NCBI GenBank assembly: GCA_001724245.1
Contig: MEDX01000033.1
Location: 1 to 38,511 of the forward strand
Origin: Fonticula-like sp. SCN 57-25
Lineage: Eukaryota
Direction: 5' to 3'
Length of the DNA: 38,511 nt
Part shown: piece after piece, positions 34,531 to 38,511 of the stretch
Layout of the letters: every line of letters begins with the position of its first letter
Numbering within the stretch: the stretch's first letter is position 1
The notes under the pieces: model-generated
Databases searched by the model: none
What the model was told of the DNA's origin: nothing
The model's input: only the letters and a program-made list of their open reading frames with translations
Position numbers and translations under genes: made by a program

Positions 34531-34794
34531 TGAGCGCTTTCATTGTATAAAAAAATAGGACAACTAACAACAATGTGGATCGTGGAAGGAGTTGTGTGAG
34601 GAACACTGCGAGCCAATATAAAGGACAAAGGAGAGAACATATTAAATATCAATATTCTATTCAACTTGCTGTATTCTTTTCTATTCATGGCATATTACTT
34701 TTTGTTATCTCTCGGTACAGTCTCCAGCAGTACACATTTGCATTGCAGTGTCACTCGCGACAGCCGCACAATCCGAACAATCCACGTGGCCACA

Positions 34795-35560
34795 ATGGGA
34801 GTGGTGGTGGTGCGCCCGGACGGGCTCGATGCCGATCTCGAGTGCGTGCTTCACTACTTGAATGTGCCGGATCTTTCGATTGAGTACAAGGAGGGCATTG
34901 AGGTACCCTTTTCATTCTTTTTGTCTTTTGTTTGTTGCTCACGTATTCAAAGGCGCCCGTTCTGGTGGACGGCGGCATCGATGGCTCGGCGTCGATCGCG
35001 GCCCACTTTGCGTCGTCGGAATCGCCGCGCCTGCTCGGCGAGACCGCCGCTCAGCAGGCCGAGGTGAACCAGTGGGTGAACTTTGGTCTGTACACGCTCA
35101 AGCCGGGCATCGCCGGCAAGGTGCTGCGCGTCGTTCGCGACTCTGCTAGGGTGCGTGCCATCGCCTCTTTTCCCCTCTTTCCAACGTGTAGGCTCACCGA
35201 CATCCCGCTTCCAGGCGATTAACCACACGCTCGAGAAGCGCGACTATCTTGCAGGCGAGTCGCTTTCGCTGGCCGATGTTTTTATGTACGAGCATCTCTA
35301 CGACTATGTGGTGCGTCTGCGGCTCTTTAGGCCTTCTTTCTGCCTGGGCTCACAGTGTGCACGCGCAGCTCAAGCTCAATGACAAGCAAAAGGCCGAGGT
35401 CTCGCACCTCTCGCGCTGGTTTGACCTTGTCCAGCACATTCCCAACCTCGCGACCAAGCCGATCATCAACATGACGCCCGCGCCGGTGCCCGTGGTGGTG
35501 CCCGTGACCAAGGCGCCAAAGGCGTCAAAGAAGGCGCCCGCGCCCAAAACCGATTCGTGA
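34795..35560 (+). CDS. Stand-alone GST-like scaffold protein, AIMP3/EEF1E1- or Arc1p N-domain-like; 4 exons
   Basis: LLGETAAQQAEVNQWVNF, INHTLEKRDYLAGESLSLADVFMY and HLSRWFDLVQH are typical of aminoacyl-tRNA-synthetase-associated GST_C domains. A short P/K/A tail precedes the stop. Confidence 0.75.
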
Positions 35561-35845
35561 TACTGTTTATATGTGATATAATGAATGATTTTGAGAAATA
35601 CGCGGTTATTTTTCTCTCCTTTTGTTCGTGCTTGATGCATGGCCAGTACACCGTCCAGATGCCGTTCATGCCATCACTCGATCAGTACTGTCCACGTGGA
35701 CACTTGGGAATTTGCCAGTGATTCCAAGAGTACGTAACGTGATACATTGTCGTGAAATTTTTGGATTGTTTCACTGCGATTCGGCGTCAGGAGATCGCGC
35801 CTGACCCGAGGAAAAAAAGGGATTCCGCAGTCGATCGCCGGGAGG

Positions 35846-37723
35846 ATGGCGTTCCGCGGTCTCGTCCCGCTTGCGCTCGTCGCAGCTTTCCTGGTTTCGG
35901 CCTCATTTGCCGCTCCCGTACGCATTTCACGCCTCGTTTCGTGTCTTTACCGACATTTTCCCCACGTCTGCAGCTCTCTAGTGAGGTCAAGCTGGCGCGC
36001 CTCAATCAGCGCTCGGCCTCGTCGCCGGTCATCGACATCGCGTCGGCGGAGGAGTTTGACGCTTTCGTTGAAGGCCACCGCAACTTTTCGCTCATCATTC
36101 AGTTTACGGCGTTGAACCGCGCTTGCGGCGTGTGCCGGTGCGTTTTTCATGATGGTCATGTCGTCGCGCTCACCTGCATGTCCATTGCGTAATGTTAGGA
36201 CATTTGCGCCGTCGTTTGACATTGTTGGCAAGTCGTGGAGCAAGATGGGCGAGGAGAACCGCCTGTACTTTGCGACGCTCGACTATGACAAGGGCTCTGA
36301 GATCTTTTCCCGGGTACGGATGCGGAGGAAAATATGGGGCGCTTTTAGAAGACATCCTCTTTTAGTTTCAGTTTTCATACGAAAGCGCATATGAAGCACA
36401 CTTGTCGCTCTGTTTTGGTTTGCATTTTGCACACATATTTGGTATTAACTGTTTTCTTTTGTTGTCATCAGCTCAAGTTCACCACGGCGCCCGTCGTGTC
36501 GCACTACCCGCCGACGCAGGGCCAGCTGGCCAAGGCCGAGTTCCAGGCGGACCCGTCGCGCACCGAGAAATACGACGTGTCGCGGTACGCCTTTATTTAA
36601 ATGATTTTGAGTGTTGATGCTGGTGGGCTGCGATGGATCGTGGCCATTGTCTTATTGGAATTGTGAATTGTGTCTTGTAAAAAGTGTGCCTTGATGAATG
36701 TTTATGGTGTATTTATTTTCATGACCATGAAAGATTCTGCTGATGACCATAATTGTTGATGACCTATATATAATGTTTTGCTCATGTCCTTGCCTCTGAT
36801 ATTGTACTTTTGACCCTTGTATCCCTCTTGTCCCCTCCTGCTCACATTCCTCCGCAGCCTTGGCCTTGATGCGGATGACTTTGGCCGCTGGGTCGAGCAG
36901 ATTGTCGGCCACGAAATCCCTCTTTCCAAGCCGCTTGACTATGAAAAGCTCCTGACGCGCGCCTTTTTCCTCATGCTCGTCATGGTCCTCTTCAGATATG
37001 TCAAGCACCTCAAGGTGCTCACCAGCCACTACTTGCCGTTCGCCCTCATCGCCATCGTACGTGATGACGTCATGAATTAATTTGATGATGTCATTTGGTG
37101 ACTCACGGTTTGGGTAGGTGTTTACGTGCTTTATGATCAGCGGCACCATGTGGAACTCGATCCGGGGGGCGGCCATGAGCGGGCAGAAGGAGATTATCTC
37201 GCCGCAGTTCCAGCAGCAGTACATTATCGAGACAAACATTGTGACGTTTTTGTGTACGCAAAGAAGAAAGAAAGGGGGAAAAAGGAAAAAAAAAGGCATG
37301 AAAAGGGACTCGTTTTGGCTTCTCTTTGTCTTTGCTTTTGCATTGCTTTTTCTTGGTTTTGGCCCAATTGTGCATAATCGCATGCGTTTTTGGCCCAATT
37401 TTGCATTACTGCTTTGCCCAATTGTGCATTATGCCATGCGTGTTTGACCCAATTGTGCATTGGTTTTCGTGGTACTGACCGGCCGTGCAGATGGCGCCGG
37501 TGCAATGACCTTTGTGCTCCTCATGCTTCACCTGCCCAACATCCAGCGCCCCACTGCCCAGCGCATCGCCACTTATGCATACAGCGCGATTTTCTTCCTC
37601 CTGTGCAGCGGAGTCCTCGCTCTCTTCAGATACAAGTACACTGTACGATCACGAACACGATTTGAAGGCGATCGCTAACATGAGATCATCTCGTAGGGGT
37701 ATCCCTTTAGACTGCTTCTCTAA
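35846..37723 (+). CDS. OST3: Oligosaccharyltransferase subunit OST3/OST6 (MAGT1/TUSC3 family); 8 exons
   Basis: Signal peptide; thioredoxin-like FTALNRACGVCR (CxxC); LYFATLDY; FMISGTMWNSIRG; QQYIIET; spliced C-terminus FRYKYT|GYPFRLLL*. Confidence 0.9.
37357..37461. repeat. Intronic imperfect tandem repeat: four CCCAATT(G/T)TGCAT cores arranged as a duplicated 54-bp unit
   Basis: Cores start at 37363, 37394, 37417 and 37448 (spacing 31/23/31), inside OST3 intron 37254-37490. Confidence 0.85.
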
Positions 37724-37898
37724 GACGAAATATCGGAGACGAAAAGGTCGAGAGTATTCCTGTAAGAGTATAATGGACAATATATGCACACTTTCATTTG
37801 CGGCATCAAAGTCGCGCCCCTTTGTAGACTTTCAAAAAAAATTTGGCGCCAAAAATTGCAGACCGACCGAAACCGACCATAACTGACATAGACGGCCG

Positions 37899-38511
37899 AT
37901 GAGCGCTGACGGGATCTACGATGGAGGCGGCGACGAAATCAGCTTGGAAGAAGACTGGAGGCTGCTGATGTCGAGGCCGCTTGATGCGCATATCATGAAT
38001 AAGATGCGAGTGGAGACACCCGCCGGATACGCCAACCTCAATGTCATCGGTACGATGAGTTAGGGCTGATGCATGGTGGATGCGGGGATGGCGGCGGGAT
38101 CGTCATTGCGCTGGATGTTATTGTCGAGTGTGTGAGTGCATATGCAGAGCGTGAAGGTAAAGGGAAACATGTCGTTTTGGTGTCATTTGGATATCTGAAA
38201 CTGGCAGTGAAGCGTTTCGTAATACATTCTGCCATGGTTGTTGGCATGTTGGGATGTTCATGAAACCATGAGGGGATTGCGCCAGCATGTGTCACTTGGC
38301 CATCTTGTCAATACTTATTATTGTCCCTTCTTTTCCTTTCCATTTCCTTTTCCTTTTTTGCTAACCTCACGCGGCTTGAATAGGCGTTGGAAGCCAAGGC
38401 ACCGTCTTCAGCGCCGATGACGTCATCAACAACCGCTCTGTGGCCATCAAGCGCCTCAATGACCCTGGCACTTCCGCCGATCTCGCCAAGCGCATCCACA
38501 GAGAAGTCAAG
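37899..38511 (+). CDS. 5' part of a MAP kinase, stress-activated (Hog1/p38/JNK-like); truncated by the window end
   Basis: Exon 37899-38049 (...YANLNVI), intron 38050-38383, then GVGSQGTVFSADDVINNRSVAIKRLNDPGTSADLAKRIHREVK: glycine loop, VAIK and an alphaC AKRxxRE motif. The start codon could instead be at 37968 or 37995. Confidence 0.8.

Noticed and set aside
36690-36800. Possible intronic C/D snoRNA in the OST3 intron (several TGATGA and CTGA boxes)
   Set aside because: AT-rich context with repeated TGATGA, no terminal stem and no rRNA-complementary guide that I could recognise; a snoscan or Rfam search would be needed.

Overview
Gene-dense eukaryotic nuclear DNA with many short spliceosomal introns (mostly 44-75 nt, donors GTRCGY, CTAAC/CTGAC-type branch points). 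It is probably from a unicellular opisthokont or early-diverging fungus-like protist; this is inferred from a STAM/Hse1 gene, a fungal-type FAS and Spc105, and the taxon cannot be fixed from sequence alone. I spliced 13 protein-coding genes by hand: an SREK1/SRSF11-like SR protein, STAM/Hse1, a secreted PHB depolymerase, Spc105/KNL1, HAL2/MET22, a small AROS-like gene, a ~14.7 kb single-chain fungal-type fatty acid synthase, Rrp46, TM9SF, a BSD-domain protein, TIP41, a stand-alone AIMP3/Arc1-N-like GST-fold protein and OST3/6. A 14th gene, a stress-type MAP kinase, is cut off by the window end. Most notable: (1) a PHB depolymerase with the full bacterial architecture (signal peptide, type-2 catalytic domain, 2x Fn3, C-terminal PHB-binding domain), where the binding domain lies behind an intron and is missed by the ORF track; (2) a beta+alpha fused FAS with tandem ACPs and a Met at the yeast alpha-chain start position; (3) a recently expanded MELT array in KNL1, whose SILK motif is formed by splicing. 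All family assignments come from motif recognition by eye; no database searches were run.
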